From NCBI RefSeq assembly GCF_009914755.1, contig NC_060929.1: a DNA stretch of 64,000 nucleotides. The stretch is one strand, 5' to 3'. Positions 1 through 17,294 of the stretch are shown piece by piece. Each line of letters opens with the position of its first letter. Within the stretch, counting starts at the first letter, position 1. The notes under the pieces are model-generated. The model worked only from the letters and a program-made list of their open reading frames with translations, was not told the origin of the DNA and searched no databases. The position numbers were made by a program, and so were the translations under genes. This DNA is from the human T2T-CHM13v2.0 reference genome, Homo sapiens.

Positions 1-544
1 AGAAAGGTTGCTTGAGAGAACCAATGAAAAGGATGATATATTTATAAGTTGCTAACAAAAGATTTATAACTTCTCAAAGTGAGGGGAAGACACAATTTAT
101 CACGCCAAGAACCAGAATGTAAGTATAGCATCCAAGAAGGAGTGTGGCTGAGGACAAGAGCCCTGGGAATGTATGAATTAGAGTAAGATGTGAACTTTTA
201 GGTAACAGGACAGGTTTGGCCAGATGGGGTTTGTCAGCTATTTAGTGATCCAGAGATATTAGTTTTGTCAGAGAGAAGCAGGCAAAAGAGGAAGCTTGAG
301 TTAACGTTCAGAGGCTGGGGTCAGAGAGATTTCAGGAGGGGAGGGCTGGGCGGTAGGTGATGCTGAGATAAAGAGCTACTCTGAAAGCAGAGGCGATTCA
401 TTCTCTGGGCCTGTTTATTACTTCCATCGATTCTGGAGGCTCTGAGCCCACTGATGTTAACTGGCTTATTTTTCTCTGCACCTAATAAGCCATCTGTGGT
501 GAGATACTTTTAAGATCATGCAAATATTCTGCTCTTCATCAAAG

Positions 545-1290
545 TTTACTCCCCAAATGCAAATTAAGACTACCGTGAAATGTACTACTATGCACCCGTT
601 AGAATGGCTAAAATTAAAAATACTAACAGTACCAAGAATGTAGAGCAACTAGAATTTCCATACATTACTGGGGAAATGTAAAATGGCATAGCCTCTTTGG
701 AAAATATCTGGTGGTTTCTTATAAAGTTAAATATGCACTTCCCATATGACCTAGGAATTTACTCTTAGTTATTTACCCAAGATAAATGAGAGCGGACGAC
801 TTTCATTTCTGATACGAAGACTTGTGCACAAATGTACCTGGCAGCTTTAGTCATAATAGATTCAGACTGGAAACAACCCAAATGTCCATCAACAGGTGAG
901 GATTTATGGTATACCCACGTCATGGAATATGACTCAGTAATAAAAAGGAACAATGTTCTGATACAACAGAATGGATGAGTATCAAATATGTTCTGCTCTG
1001 TTAGAGAAGCCAGACACAAAATAATATATACTGTATGATTCCACTGATGTGAAATTCTAGAAAAAATAAAGCTAATATCTAGAGACAGAAAGCAGATCAG
1101 TGGCTGCCTGAGACTCAAGGTGGGGCTGGGGATTGGGGGAGTTGTTGACTGCAAAGTGGCAGGTGGGAATTTTTAGAGTAATGGAAATGTTTTAGGCCTT
1201 GATTTTAGTGATGGCTGCACAGGTGTATAAATTTGTCAAAACTCATCAAACTGTACACATTATGGTTCCATTTTATCATTTTTTGCCTCT
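545..1290 (+). mobile_element. Old LINE-1 (L1MB/MC/ME-type) ORF2 3' end and 3' UTR fragment
   Basis: Degenerate L1 3' motifs: atgcaaattaagactacc, ttagaatggctaaaattaaaaa, actggaaacaacccaaatgtccatcaacaggtga, agaagccagacacaaa, tcaaaactcatcaaactgtacac. Confidence 0.8.
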
Positions 1291-1466
1291 ATAAAGTTGG
1301 TAATTTCCTCCCTTTAGTTAGCATCCATTTATGATTCTTCCCTGAATGGCTATTTATAATTCCACAAGCTTCTACATAGGATTAGCAAGGCAGTTTGGCC
1401 AAGGGTATTTGAATACTACAATGTGTTTCTCAGAGATTTTCTTTTTGTTATTAAAAACAAACATCA

Positions 1467-1695
1467 GAGCTGGATGGGGGGGCTCATGCCTGTAATTGCA
1501 GCACTTTGGGAGGCTAAGGCAGTAGGATTGCTTGAGTCCAGGAGTTTGAGGTTACAGTGAGCTATGATTGCACCATTGCACTCCAGCCTGGGCAACAGAT
1601 TTAGACCCTTTCTCAAAAGGAAAGGAAAGGGAAGTGAAGGGGAGGAGAGGGGAGGGGAGGGGAGGAGAGGGGAGGGGAGGGGAGGGGAGGTAAGG
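1467..1695 (+). mobile_element. FLAM (fossil Alu monomer) whose tail is a (GGAGG/GGGGA)n purine repeat
   Basis: ggctcatgcctgtaat..gcactttgggaggct..ttgcttgagtccaggagtttgagg..cactccagcctgggcaacaga; TSD aacaaacatca at 1456-1466 and 1696-1706. Confidence 0.88.
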
Positions 1696-2408
1696 AACAA
1701 ACATCAATGAGTTAAATTTATGGTATTACAGATGTTTAATCAGAATCCAGTGAATTGTGGCTTGGCTGGAAGATCTTCAGGCAAGACCCTATCAGAACTC
1801 AATAATGAGACAAAGATGAATTTTCCTAACATTTTAGTGCATTTATTACCCTATAGAGGCAAGAGGATGGCTGGTTTCTACAACAGAAAATAGATGAACC
1901 CCAACACTTGGGGAGTCATTTAATACTAAACTAAAAGAATCCTGCAGAATATACTACAGGAAACATTGCTGGGAGATGAGGAGGGCTTCTCCAGCTCTAC
2001 TTTTTATTATTGAATAAGAGGAAGACAGGGATGCCCATTAAATAATTGGAATGGCTGTCTCAGCTTGCATTTCCATTGTGAAATCAAATTTACAGAATGG
2101 AAACTTCATATAGTATTTTCTATGACTCATGCAACAACCACACTGAACACATTTTAATAGAAACTCATCATGATAATACTATTTTTTCTCTTTTTCTTTG
2201 CATTTCCCCAATTCTTATTTTTAATTTTGCAAGACAATGGATTTTACTGGTTTTGTAAAAAGGATATAAACTTTATAAGAAGTTTAAATAGTAAAGAAAA
2301 GGAAAGGAAATGGAATCACTCAAAGACTGTTCAGTTGCAAATAATGTTCTTAATATTTGGTGAACTTTATTCTAGAAGTATTTTAACAGGTATATTTAGA
2401 AAGGATAG

Positions 2409-2725
<317 letters not shown>

Positions 2726-3004
2726 AGTTAGATAGAAATAATTTAGAAAAGTGAGATCACGTGATACATGCTAGTTTATTTTTTATTTTTTTGCATGAAA
2801 TCTAAATACTGTACAAGATACATGTCAGTTTAGGTCAAATATACCAAATAAAAGTTTTCTTGAGTTCACTTGACTTTACAAAAGAGATACTAAATTTAAA
2901 CTGAAGGAATTGCAGAAATCCAGTAAATATTTTTTATACTGTAAGAGATCTTTTTTCCTGAGAGATCAGCTACAGTTAAGAAAAAAGATATAGAAAAATT
3001 ACGA

Positions 3005-3168
3005 TGTGAATGCGTGTGCCTGCCTATGTGTGTGTGTACATGCCTGTGGTGTGTATGACGTTGTTTGCATGTGTGTCCATTTTGCATGTGTGTTTATGTG
3101 CCAGTGCACATCTGTTTTCCTTTGTGTGCATGTGCATGTGTGTATGCAGGCGTGTGTGCAGGTGTGAT
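3005..3168. repeat. Degenerate (TG)n / (TGCA)n low-complexity tract
   Basis: gtgtgtgtgtacatgcctgtggtgtgtatg..gtgtgcatgtgcatgtgtgtatgcaggcgtgtgtgc. Confidence 0.85.
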
Positions 3169-3229
3169 TATTTGTAAAAATGACTCTTTGGAGCTGGAAT
3201 TTTAAAAAATTTACATAAATTGCCAATGT

Positions 3230-3858
3230 CTATCTTGCTAGAGGAAGTCTTGAGTCAAAGTTTATTTCCCTTGGAAATCTGTAGACATCATTAGAATTTC
3301 TTTCTGATGATTGCTTTGAAGAAATCTGGGAGTAATCTGATTTTTTTCACTTTATATGACTGTATTGATGTAAATGTCTGTATGGTTTTGAAGTATATTT
3401 TGTGCTTAGTAACTTCATCGATATATATTTCAATGTTGATCATTTAGTCTTTTCTACAGCATATGACATAAACTTTTGAGTTGCAGATTCTAATCTTTTT
3501 TGATTTTAGGAAAAATACTAACATATATTTGATGTGTCAGTATTGACTTTGGTAGATAGTCTTGGTTATATTACAGGAGTTTTCTCCTATACTGTTTTAC
3601 ATGAAATTTTTATTTAAAATGACTATTGGGTTTAATAAATTTTTTTCTTTAATTTCATAGTGTCTTATATTGATAAATTTCCTAAAGAAACTGTCTTTGC
3701 ATTCCTCTAAGAAAATACTAGTTGGTCATACTGTATTATTATTTCTATATACTGGTGGATTTAATTTGTTAATACCTTGTTTTAAGTTTTTGTAACTATA
3801 TTAATAAGTGAAATTTGCATATGTTAATCAATACTGGTAGTGACATTGTAATAACTTT
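3230..3858 (-). mobile_element. Highly diverged old L1M fragment(s), host of the L1PA insertion
   Basis: Antisense L1-like motifs (ctttgcattcctctaagaaaatactagttggtcat..ggatttaatttgttaatac..taagtgaaatttg); continues after the L1PA at ~6930. Confidence 0.55.
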
Positions 3859-3878
3859 AAAAATAACTGTCCCTTCTT

Positions 3879-6908
<3,030 letters not shown>

Positions 6909-6929
6909 AAAAATAACTGTCCCTTCTTT

Positions 6930-7480
6930 ACTGTGGTCTGAAATTATTATACTAAAAGCTTAATTATTATAGAAATGATCTGTTTTGTAAAGTTTTAACA
7001 TACCTACAAAGCCCATCCAGAAACCTATGTAGGACAAGTGTCTTTTTAATATTGTAGATTTTAAAAATTGCTTTTAAAATACCTAGTATGTTTATTGGTC
7101 CTTTCAGATTTTCCACCTTTTCTTGAACCAATATTGGCCCCTTATATTGTGCTAGAAATTCATCTATTTCTTCCAGCTTTCCAAAAAATATTGATATAGA
7201 ATTGCAGATGATATTCTCTTAGAAGTCTTTTAATCTCTTCTATACTTTATGTCACCCTTTTCATACCTAATATTGCTACCTTTTGTTTTTCCCTTTTTGT
7301 TAATCAGGATTCCCAGGGTTGATCTATTTTACCTTCCTTTTTAGGAGCATGTTTTATTTATTTATCATTTCTATTTGTATTTTCTCTTTCATTAAGTTTA
7401 GATTTTGGCTTAATTTCCTCCTACTTCTTTGCTTTCTTTTTGCTTATGTTATTTCTCTAACTTCAATGTATTATTTTACA
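6930..7480 (-). mobile_element. Old L1M ORF2 fragment (continuation of the host element)
   Basis: ttcagattttcc..ctagaaattcatctatttcttcc..gatattctctta..cccttttcatacctaatatt antisense L1 pattern. Confidence 0.6.
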
Positions 7481-8614
7481 TATTAAAATTATACCTATTT
7501 TTAATACATTTTTTCTTATCTATTCTAGTCTCTCACTTGAATAATAAACAGAAGTTATGATTATGTTAGATATGGTTTATGTGTAGCTTTTCTTTGTAAT
7601 ATTTTTACTTTTGTCTTTTTTTTTCAAATTCTACAGGCTAAATTTTCATCCACTCATCATAACTCATAATTTCTCATTTGAACACCTGAATAATCTCTTT
7701 TGTGAGCTTTTAAAAAAGAATTAGTAAGCTTTCTGTATTTTTTAAGGCTATACATAACTATTTGGATTCTTTTAGCATTTCTTTTTCCTCTTTCAGTACC
7801 CCTTCCCCTATTTCCCTTTTTCTATGGTGTTGAAATGGGTCTCTATAGGAACATTCTTCATTTCTCCAGGATGTTGTTCATATCCTTAGATCTCAGCAAT
7901 TAATGACACATTCAGTAGCAGGGTGCTTGATGGCTGTAAACTTATCTTTGAGGAAATCTGTATCCCATTCTAGGGATGGATGGGAGAGGGGTTTGCCCAC
8001 TCCCTTGTCTTACTCAAGACTGCATAGGATTTTGCTGGTAAATGTTGGAGTTTTTAGTGAGTGAGTCTGTGGTCTTTCCCACTGAACCTCTAGAGAGCAA
8101 TGGAAAAAGCAATTGAATGAGCTTTCACTGTTTCCTTTCTAGTGGAAATGCTGAAAAGAAAGTATTTGTGGGGAGAAGGGAGAGAAGCTTGAGATCTGCC
8201 AACCAGTTCATCAGTCCTTGAATTACTGAGAAATCTGGATTCACTGCAGAATAAAAAGACAGACCATTTATACTGGAAGAAAATAACTTATTGGGATAGA
8301 TTTTGTTATACTTTGAAGTCTCTGAAAGCTATGGCCCAATTTATATTTATATTTTTGTCACTTAAATATTTCTTCATATGATCAAGGTTGTGTTTATTCA
8401 TCTTTGGCATCTGGCTCATTGCTTCTGCTAGTGGAGATTTAGTGGGTGACTTGCGTGATCTGTTTCAACATAAATAACTAAAAGTCCATATTTGTTTCCA
8501 GAGGTAAACAAGTTGAATTCTTCAACTGAGTAGCCTTGAGTAGCCACCGAGCTGCAGCAAAGTGAACACATAGCTGATCCCTGAGACCAAGTGGGAGGGG
8601 GGTGGGTGTGCTAT

Positions 8615-8930
8615 TGTCACTCGGCTCCAAATCCACTTGTCTATACTCTGCTTCCTAATGCTGGGGCTGTGATTCTGCAAAAACATGTTTCTCTTTTGCC
8701 TGCTAGTTTTCTGTTAGGTCTGCTGATAGGAGGTGCTAGAGAAAAGACTAGAAGGCTGGAGGAGGGCTGTTCAGTTTGTTTCCTGTTGCTAACAGCATGG
8801 TCCTAGCAATGCCCCTTCATCTTAGCAGTGCGGTTGGTTCAAGTCTCCAGCTTTTATTTTCACATTCTCAGAACCAGCCTCATTGCATCCCCTCAGATGT
8901 AGCAGCACCAGCCAGGTAGCACTGAGGTCT
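8615..8930. mobile_element. LTR33-like ERVL LTR fragment
   Basis: gctggggctgtgattctgcaaa..catgtttctcttttgcc..ctgttaggtctgctgataggaggtgctagagaaaagactagaaggctggaggagg resembles the LTR33 consensus. Confidence 0.6.
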
Positions 8931-10351
8931 GAGTTGTAAGAAGTAAACTTGGCGTTATTCATACACACATGACATGTATTTTAAGTAAAGTTTATCACAG
9001 TTTGAGTTCAATAATTTATCTTACATGGAAGTAAGTAGAAAACTCTAAAACAAGAATTACTTTAGTAAATATTAACGGAAAAGGGGGAAAGAGGGTTGTG
9101 GGTTTCTGATATTAACATTCCTCTCTTTGGAAGTTGTTCAGCTGGTTGTGGAACACACACAATCAACCCAAGCTTTTAATACATTTGTTTGCTGATAGCT
9201 GCTAACAACTGTACTGTTAGATTTCTTGGGTGATATTTTATTATACTATGAAACAAATGCAACATTATAGCTGAAAATGAGTACAACATACAGAGTGAGA
9301 GGAAGAGGTGGATCTAGATTCAGAAACAAAATGCTCATACAGCTAAAAAAATGAACAGCATCAGTAATTCCACAGGCCAACCTCTAGGTGGGAAATACCT
9401 GAATGAGGCACTAAGGTCCTTTAGGACCGCAAATCCTTCCCAGGAAGCATCTGGATAGCAGGGCCTTGCCTTTGAAGATAAAGCACTGGCCATCCTGTAA
9501 CCCACATCCACGATGCCAGTGAGAGATCAGCAGAGGCACATAAACCTCAGTCCCTCATGTGCTTGGGAATTTACATTATTATTGTTATTTAAAAAATAGT
9601 TTAAGCATTATTCTTTACAAATCAATTCTTTTTTACATCTTTCTTTATGTGTGAATACGGCAAGTCCACAAACTTGGACTTTGCCTAGTGCTTTTCCCTA
9701 ATGACTGGGTACAGCTTATAATCACAGTGACGTTTGTCAGATGACAGCTTAAGGTTTTTATGTAACTGGTGCATCTTGTTCTTCAGTATCTAGACTACTG
9801 TTGTGTTGAAGTGTTGCAACTTCAAAATTCTTCAGTTTTGTACATCAACAAACATAAGTATACATATATGTTTATTTAATAACCATTTGATGACTTTTCC
9901 AATTACCTTCCTTTCTTAATACATTGCTATAATCTCACTTTCCCATAGGACATGGTATTTGCAGGATTCTTTAGAATAATTTCAATTTTATTTCTTTGTA
10001 AATTAAACGTGGTGAAATTGACTATAAAATGTTCACTTTAACAAAAAACATCCAAATTCAATCTATGCCATCATAGAAAGGACCATTCTGTGTTAGTTTC
10101 TTGGATCAACTTGAAGAGTACAAACTGACTGCCATCATTTGGCTAACTGGGTTATTTGTGTGGCTTATTCAGTGGTGTCAGTATATCAGCTTATCTCTAG
10201 GTCTTGCTCCATTTCAGAGCCTGGGGAGTGATACCTCTGTTTCTGCATACTGACTCATCTAAGTAGCTCAGGCCATGTGATTACACTTGACATTTTTGGA
10301 AGATATATTTTGACTAATCCCTGCTTGTGGAGAATGTCTTGCTTATATGGA

Positions 10352-10790
10352 TTTATTTGTCAACTAATGCGACAAATATGGTCAATTACTGCCATGTGCC
10401 AGGCACTAGGTGTGGTTCTGAACAGCAGTCAACACTATAGATAGAACTCCTGTGCCCATGGAGCTAATATTCTAGTGGAGAGGGATAAACGAGAAAGTAG
10501 TAAAAAACATACTAAAAAGATGAATGATAATTGTAATACGTCCTTGGAAGGAAAATAGGGTCATGTGATAAAAACTGTGTGAGGGCAAGAAGTGGTCTGG
10601 GACATCTCTTTGAAGAGGTGTCATTTGAGCTGATGCCTGAAAATAAGGAATCAGTCATGCTGAAAACCCTGAAGGAAGAATGCTCTCATGTAGGCTGAAG
10701 AAAGAGCAAGCACTAAGGCACGGAGGCAGGATAGGAGCTTGGGATGCTCTGACAACAGGAAGTAGGATAGGAAGGTGGAGTAGAGGGAGA
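10352..10790 (-). mobile_element. L2 3' region
   Basis: tactgccatgtgccaggcactagg..tcctgtgcccatggagctaatattctagtgg..gaagaggtgtcatttgagctga. Confidence 0.8.
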
Positions 10791-12244
10791 ACAGTAAATC
10801 ACAGTAAATAATAAATGTGAAGATTGTTTAGAAAGATATTGAATGTTATCTGTGGTAACCGTGAGGTGAGAGCAAAGATACCGTCGAGCGAATGAGGCAG
10901 GGAACAATCCTTTTCATCTTATGATATAGAGCTAATATTTCGTTATATAATTCCTTATGTAATTTCTCAGGGTGAATAGGATCAAAATTTTATTTTCTTA
11001 GACTTCAGTTCTATCAAATGAGAGAAGGTGAGAATAACTTGAAATGTGGTAATTTAATGTTCCAAAATAATGTTGGTAAAACTGACTTTATCTTCTTAAT
11101 TTCAAAACAACAAAAATTGTTCTATGAATACATTGAGAAATAAATGCCATTGAATTGATGATATTAAATGATATTTGGGGATATTCTGGAATGGTGAAAT
11201 GGTGAAAACTTGACGTGGCACTTACTTAGTAGCTGGGTGACCTTGGACTTTAATTCTTCAATTTAGGGGAAAAAGTCACTCATTCGTATAAATATGCACA
11301 ATACCTTCTATGTGGATAACCATTTTTTAAAGGCCCTTAGTGGAAGTTATATATGTCACCTTATTTCATAACTCATGAATATATATATATATAAGATGGA
11401 GAGAAATAGTCTCTCTGTATTTCAGGAGGAGGAATTAAAGGATTTAGTGTCTTATTGACTTAACCAAGTTAAAGACACTATGGTAGACATAGATCTTATT
11501 GTATCAGCCCAATCTTATCAAACTTCAGTTTTATCACTAAATTTTAACTTACTTAATTATTTTAATGTGTGCAGAGATTTAGCTGATAAAAAATCCAGGT
11601 GAGAAATTAAAATTTTTGCTTTGTTTTAACCTTGATAACAAAGTTTAAATAATGACACTAGATGATTGCTATTTCTGAGGTACTTACTTTACTCAAAAAC
11701 TTAATATTTTCTTTCTTAACAGGATAATTAGATTTGTAGATATAAAATATGAGATATCCTTTAGTCTACTCAAGTTCAAGTTTTTCCGTTTCTAGTTGTT
11801 GTCTTATGGGAAACTTGGTTTCCCAGTATGGCAACACCTCTTTCTGAAGTCAATGAAATCAAATGGTAACTTGACCTCCTGTTGGCTTGTCCATTCTGCT
11901 GTTGGCCTTTAAGAAACATCCCCACTGGCACTGCATAGCCTTCAGTGCCAGAGCCTTGCCTTACTCTGCGTAGATCTCTCTCTGTCTATGCTATTCCTCT
12001 CAACTCCTTTGGCTTCCCAACTGTGGCTTGTTTTATGAATGCATTCATAGTTATTCAGTGCCCTGTTACCTTGACAGATGCTCCAGTCTGCCACGCAGCT
12101 ATGACTTGGCTTTGCTTCTACCATACTGTTACCACCTGCCCCAACTCTCATCCTTTTCTTTCCTCAGATCTAATGGTAATCTCATGGCGGCTTCCAGTGA
12201 TTGGGTAAAGGGAGCAGGAATTCTCAGTACAGTAGCAAAGCTAG

Positions 12245-12550
12245 TCATTCATTCATTAAGTACTTATATGTTCTTACCATATATTAAACATTCTGGGTCA
12301 TTTAATGGCACATAAAACAAATATAGTCTTTGCTCTCCGAGAGCCTGTAGATAATTGGGAAACCATAAATTGAACAAGCACACAAGTAACATATATCATT
12401 ACAAAGTACATGGGTGGGCAGAGGAGAGGATTACTCCAGAAGGCATAGCACAGATAACAGCCCTGAAGTGGGGTAGAATAAGACTTGGCCTACAACAAGG
12501 ACAGAGGCCAAGAAAGTGTGCAATGGTGAGCAGGGGAGAGAGAGCTGTGT
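12245..12550 (-). mobile_element. L2 3' fragment
   Basis: tcattcattcattaagtactta.. followed by degenerate L2 body. Confidence 0.55.
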
Positions 12551-13067
12551 TGTGCTATAGATTGTCCCCTGTATCCATTTCACCTCACTGTCAGTGAAGA
12601 AAACATGGAGTCTGTAAGCAAGGAGGTAGTGAAGAAGGGCCAAGTACCCTGTCCAATATAGTGTGGCATTCTTGGTGAGCCCTTACCTGTGGCCCTACCA
12701 TGCTTTTGTTTTTTTCTGTGTGTATGTGAGGCTTAACACAAATCTCCTCCATGGGTATGTCTGGTTTGTTTTGTACCTCAAGCACCAGTTCCGTCTCTCC
12801 ACTGCCTTGTTTACCAGCTTGATAGCCCATTCTCCAAGTGTTGCTCTATCAGCCCAACCCACTTTCTAGAATTTCTTGGCTATGGCCTTGTTTTTCTAGA
12901 CTCCTCCCACATATTTGTGTCTTTCTTCTCTAGCTTGGCACCCTCATGAGCTGCCCTCAGAAGAGTACCACTCTCCCTCTAGATTGCTTCAAATGGCATT
13001 TTGATTTGTCAGGAGAACCCTGACACTAACCTGACTCCAACTTTCCTGACATGTTACAAAGATAAAC

Positions 13068-13104
13068 TCTATCTATCTATCTATGTATCATCTATCTATC
13101 TATC
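13068..13104. repeat. (TCTA)n microsatellite
   Basis: tctatctatctatctatgtatcatctatctatctatc. Confidence 0.9.
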
Positions 13105-13129
13105 TTTTTTTCTATACATCCAGCTATCT

Positions 13130-13290
13130 GTCTCCTACTGAGAACTTAGGCAGGTTACTTAACCTGTCTGGGCCTCAATTCTGCCATCTATAAAAAAGTG
13201 ATAATTGTCATACCTCACGAAGCTTTTAGGAGTCAGAAAAAAACATGTTATCTATTTAGTATATTGAAGGTACATGATAGGCATTTATTA
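13130..13290 (+). mobile_element. MIR
   Basis: gggcaggttacttaacctgtctgggcctcaattctgccatctataaaaaagtgataat..atacctcac MIR core. Confidence 0.75.
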
Positions 13291-13399
13291 AGGTATTTTT
13301 TTAAGGACTGGTCATTTTATAGGTTGTGTTTTGATTCCTACTTTCTTTGCTCAACCTATTTTTTTAAATAAGATTTAGTTAAAATAAGATTTTTATTTG

Positions 13400-14702
13400 T
13401 ATTTTTTAAACTTTTATTTTAGGCTCGGGATAAATGTGCAGATTTGTTATATAGGTAAATTGAGTGTCATGAGGGTTTAGTGTACAGATTATTTCATCAT
13501 CCAAGTGATAAGCATACCACCTGATAGGTAGTTTTTAAATCCTCACTATCTTCCTTCCCTCCATCTTCGAGTAGGCCACAGTGTCTATTGTTCCCTTCTT
13601 TGTGTCCATGTGTGCCCAATGTTTAGCTCCCACTTATAGGTAAGAATATGTGGTATTTGGTTTTCTATTTCTGTGTTTGCTTGCTTAGGACAATGGCCTC
13701 TAACTCCATACATGTTGGAGTTTCAAAGGACATTATCTCATTCTTTTTTATGGCTGTGTAGTATTCCCTGGTGTATATGTACCATATTTTCTTTATCTAG
13801 TCTACCACTGATGGGCATTTAGATTGATTCCATGTCTTTGCTATTGTGAATAGTGCTGCAGTGAACATTTGTGTGCATGTGTCCTTATGGTAGAGTAATT
13901 TATATTCCTTTGGGTATATGCCCAATAATGGGATTGTTGGGTTGAATGGCAGTTCTGTTTCTCAAGTTTCTTGAGAAATTGCCAAACTGCTTTCCAGGAT
14001 GGCTGAAGTAATTTACATTCTCACCAGCAGTGTATAAGTGTTACCTTTTTCTCTGCAACCTTACCAGCATCTGTTTTTTTTTTTTTTGACTTTTTAATAC
14101 TAGCCATTCTGACTGGTATGAGATGGCATCTCATTGTGATTTTTATTTGCATTTCTCTGATTAGTGATGTTGAGTATTCTTTCACGGTTTTTTGGCCACT
14201 TGTACATCTTCTTTTGAATAGTGTCTGTTCAGGTCCTTTGCTCACTTTTTAATGTGGTTGTTTTTTGCTTGTTAATTTGTTTAAGTTCCTTATAGATTCT
14301 TAGTATTAGACCTTTGATGAATACATAGTTTGCAAATATTTTCTTCCATTCTGTAGGTTGTTTGTTCACTCTGTTAATAGTTTCTTTTGCTGTGCAGAAG
14401 CTCTTTAGTTTAATTAGGTTCCATTTGTCAATTTTTTGTTTTGTTGTATTTGCTTTTGGTGTCTTTATCATGAAATCTTTGTCAGGTCCTATGTCTAGAA
14501 TGGTATTTTCTAGGTTATCTTCCAGGGTTTTTATAGTTTAGGTTTACATTTAAGTCTTCAATCCATCTGGAGTTGAATTTTGTATATAGTGTAAGGAAAG
14601 GGTCTAGTTTCAATCTTCTGCATGTGGTTATCAGTTATCCCAGCACCATGGGGAGTCCTTTCCCCATTGCTTCTTTATGTCAACCTTGTCAAAGGTCAGA
14701 TG
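13400..14702 (-). mobile_element. 5'-truncated older primate L1 (L1PA15/16-like), ~1.3 kb
   Basis: Antisense 3' UTR (ttgttatataggtaaattg..tgtacagattatttcatca..gtttagctcccacttata) and ORF2 remnants [35 protein letters not shown]. Confidence 0.9.
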
Positions 14703-15013
14703 TCAACCAGCTATTTTAAAAGCCATATTTCCTTACTATAATTTGTATGACTGCCTTATACATTCCTTGACGTAATCTGTTTGTATATAGACAATAATTT
14801 GTATTATTGTTTCATTCTTTTAAAGGACAATTTTATATGATATTGATTTAGACCTATTCTGGAAAGTATTTTGTGACAGCAAGTTGTAGTTCACTAAGCA
14901 CTCCAGCATTAAAATTGAACTGTGGTTCTCCATAGTATTACCTAGAAGAATTACAGGATGTGGTCCAAAATAACTAAACAAAATATGATTTACATTATAT
15001 GTAGGTATAATTG

Positions 15014-17130
15014 AGGACTTCTGGTTTATTCTTCAACACATAAATAGTTTGCAAGTCATCAGTTCTACCTTCACAGCAAGAAAAAAGCTACACACTGAAA
15101 ATCAAAACATCATGAGAAAATTGAGGTCTCAGGATAAACTGCTACTGGATAAATTGGAGAGACAGGCAAGTGAAGATTGCGATTGGTTTTGCTAAAGCAT
15201 AAGTCGCTGGAGCCAGTAGCTGGTAGGAACACTTAAACAGCAGCTTCAAGGAACTGCTAGAGGCTGTGTGTAGAATAGCCTGAGAATTTAAAACTGCAGC
15301 TTGTGTGGGTTTGTACCTTAAGCAGTCCCACCAGGTTCTCATGGCGAAAATCAGAGAAAAAAACCCCTGTGTTTGGGCAGGGGGTGAGGAAAAATAATTA
15401 TTTGGGGATAAACCCAGAGCATTCTCTATTAACAAAGGCCTATCCAGAAGGAGAATACGTTCAGCAGAGTCTTATTTGATGTGGGGGAAGAAAAATTACC
15501 CAAAGTAAAAGCACCAGAACACAGGCTCACCAAAGCCTGAGACCTAACCACAGGAGAATAGAACGCTTTTCCTCCCTACATACTTTACTATCACATCAAC
15601 AGGGCTCCTGGATAATAATGAGATTACAGCTGAATGTACTGCAAAGCTCAGACTCTAGTTAAGAAGAAGTTTTTAGAGAAAGCCAAAGACAACAGTAACA
15701 TCAAAAACAAGGACACTAGAGAAAATTTTAGCCTCTGACACCTACAGCTATAGCAAACATGAAACAGCCTAACTCCTAGCCTGATAAACATAACACCTCA
15801 CACTGAAGATCTACCCACCTTAGCTCCTATTACCAGATACCTTATGTACAACTTTCAACAGAAAAACTACAAATTATACTAAAAGGCAAGAAAAATCACA
15901 ACCTGAAGAGAAAAAGCAAGTACTGGAACTAGACTCAGCTATGGCAGAACTTTTGGAATCATCAGATCATAAATTTAAAATAACTGTAATTAATATGCTA
16001 AAGAATTTAATGGAAAAAATAAACAACATGCAAGAACAGATGAACAATAAACTAAGAATCAAAAGGAAATGCCAAAATAAAAAACACTGTGACAAAAATG
16101 AAGAATGCTTTTGATGGGCTCATGAGCAGACTGGACATTCTGAGGAAAGAATAAATGAGATTGAAAATAATTCAGTAGAAACTTCCCAAACTGTAAAACA
16201 AACAGAAAAAAGAATGAAAAAATATGCAGGCTATCCAAGAACTATGGGACAATTACAAAAGGTTTAGCATAGGCATCATAGGAACACCAGAGGAAAAGAA
16301 AATGAGAAAGGAACAGAAAAAATATTTGAAGTAGTAGTAGCTGCGGATTTTCTAAAATTAATGACAGAAACCAAACCATACAGTCAGGAAGCTCAAGGAA
16401 CAAGAAGAAGGACAAATCCTTAAAAAATGAAATCTATATCTGGACATTTTATATTTAGGTTGCAGAAAACCAAAGACAAAGAGAAAATTTTGAATGAGCC
16501 CTAGCGTATATGCAGAGGAACCTTATCTTTAGAGGAGCAAAGATATGAATTACATCAGATTTCTCCTCAGAAACTATGCAATGAAAATCAGGGAATGAAA
16601 TATTTAAAGTGTTGAAAGAAAAAGCTATCAACCTAGAATTTTGTATCTAGTGAAATTATTCTTCACATGTGAAGGAGAAATCGAGGCTTTCTTGGACAAA
16701 AACTGAGGAAATGTGTCAGTAGTATACATGCCTTGCAAGAAATATCTAAATAAATTTTTTTGAAAAAAAGAAAATGATATAAGTCAGAAATGTGGATCTC
16801 TATAAAGAAATGAAGAGTTTTAGAGAGGGAATAAATGAAGGTAAAATAAAATCTTTATTTTTCTTAATCATATCTGAGCTAGTAGATAACTGTCCAAAAT
16901 AATTATAGCAATAATGTATTGGGTAGGTATAGCTGATGGGTAAGGGAAAGAATGACAGCCACGTTACAAGGGATTGGAGGATGGAATTGTGAATACTCTG
17001 TTATAAGGTACCACCCATGCAGTAATATTTGAAAGTGAACTTAGGTTAGTTGCAAAAAAAAAAGTGTATAATGCAAACTCTTGGGCAACCACTAGAACCA
17101 AACCAAGCCAAACAAAAAAGAAAGAAAAAG
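15014..17130 (+). mobile_element. Old L1M 5' UTR + degenerate ORF1 + inter-ORF region (L1MCa/L1MD-type)
   Basis: ORF1-like sequence (aatgaagaatgcttttgatgggctcat, ggaacaccagaggaaaaga, cagatttctcctcagaaactatgcaa, caacctagaattttgtatctag) ending in gcaaactcttgggcaaccacta. Confidence 0.8.
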
Positions 17131-17294
17131 CAGTAAACATAATTCAGATGATTTAATTTTATTTGATACTCATACATGAAAAGTAGTTTTAAATTTAAGC
17201 TTGAGCCCTTATAAGAGTGAGTCTACATTGGGCTGTGGGAATATGAGGCACCCAGCTTTGGAGGGCTGGGGTCTTGTCTGCACAATTCTCTTAG

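Noticed and set aside
3005-3168. His/Thr-rich ORFs and Z-DNA potential
   Set aside because: Artefact of a degenerate TG repeat, too interrupted for a confident structural claim.
8718-8740. CTCF site within the LTR33-like element
   Set aside because: The core is degraded (tgctgataggaggtgcta); too many mismatches to call.
9659-9686. Short hairpin ggcaagtcca..tggactttgcc and neighbouring small palindromes as an ncRNA or miRNA
   Set aside because: The stem of ~10 bp is too short for a pre-miRNA and is expected by chance; no recognisable RNA family.
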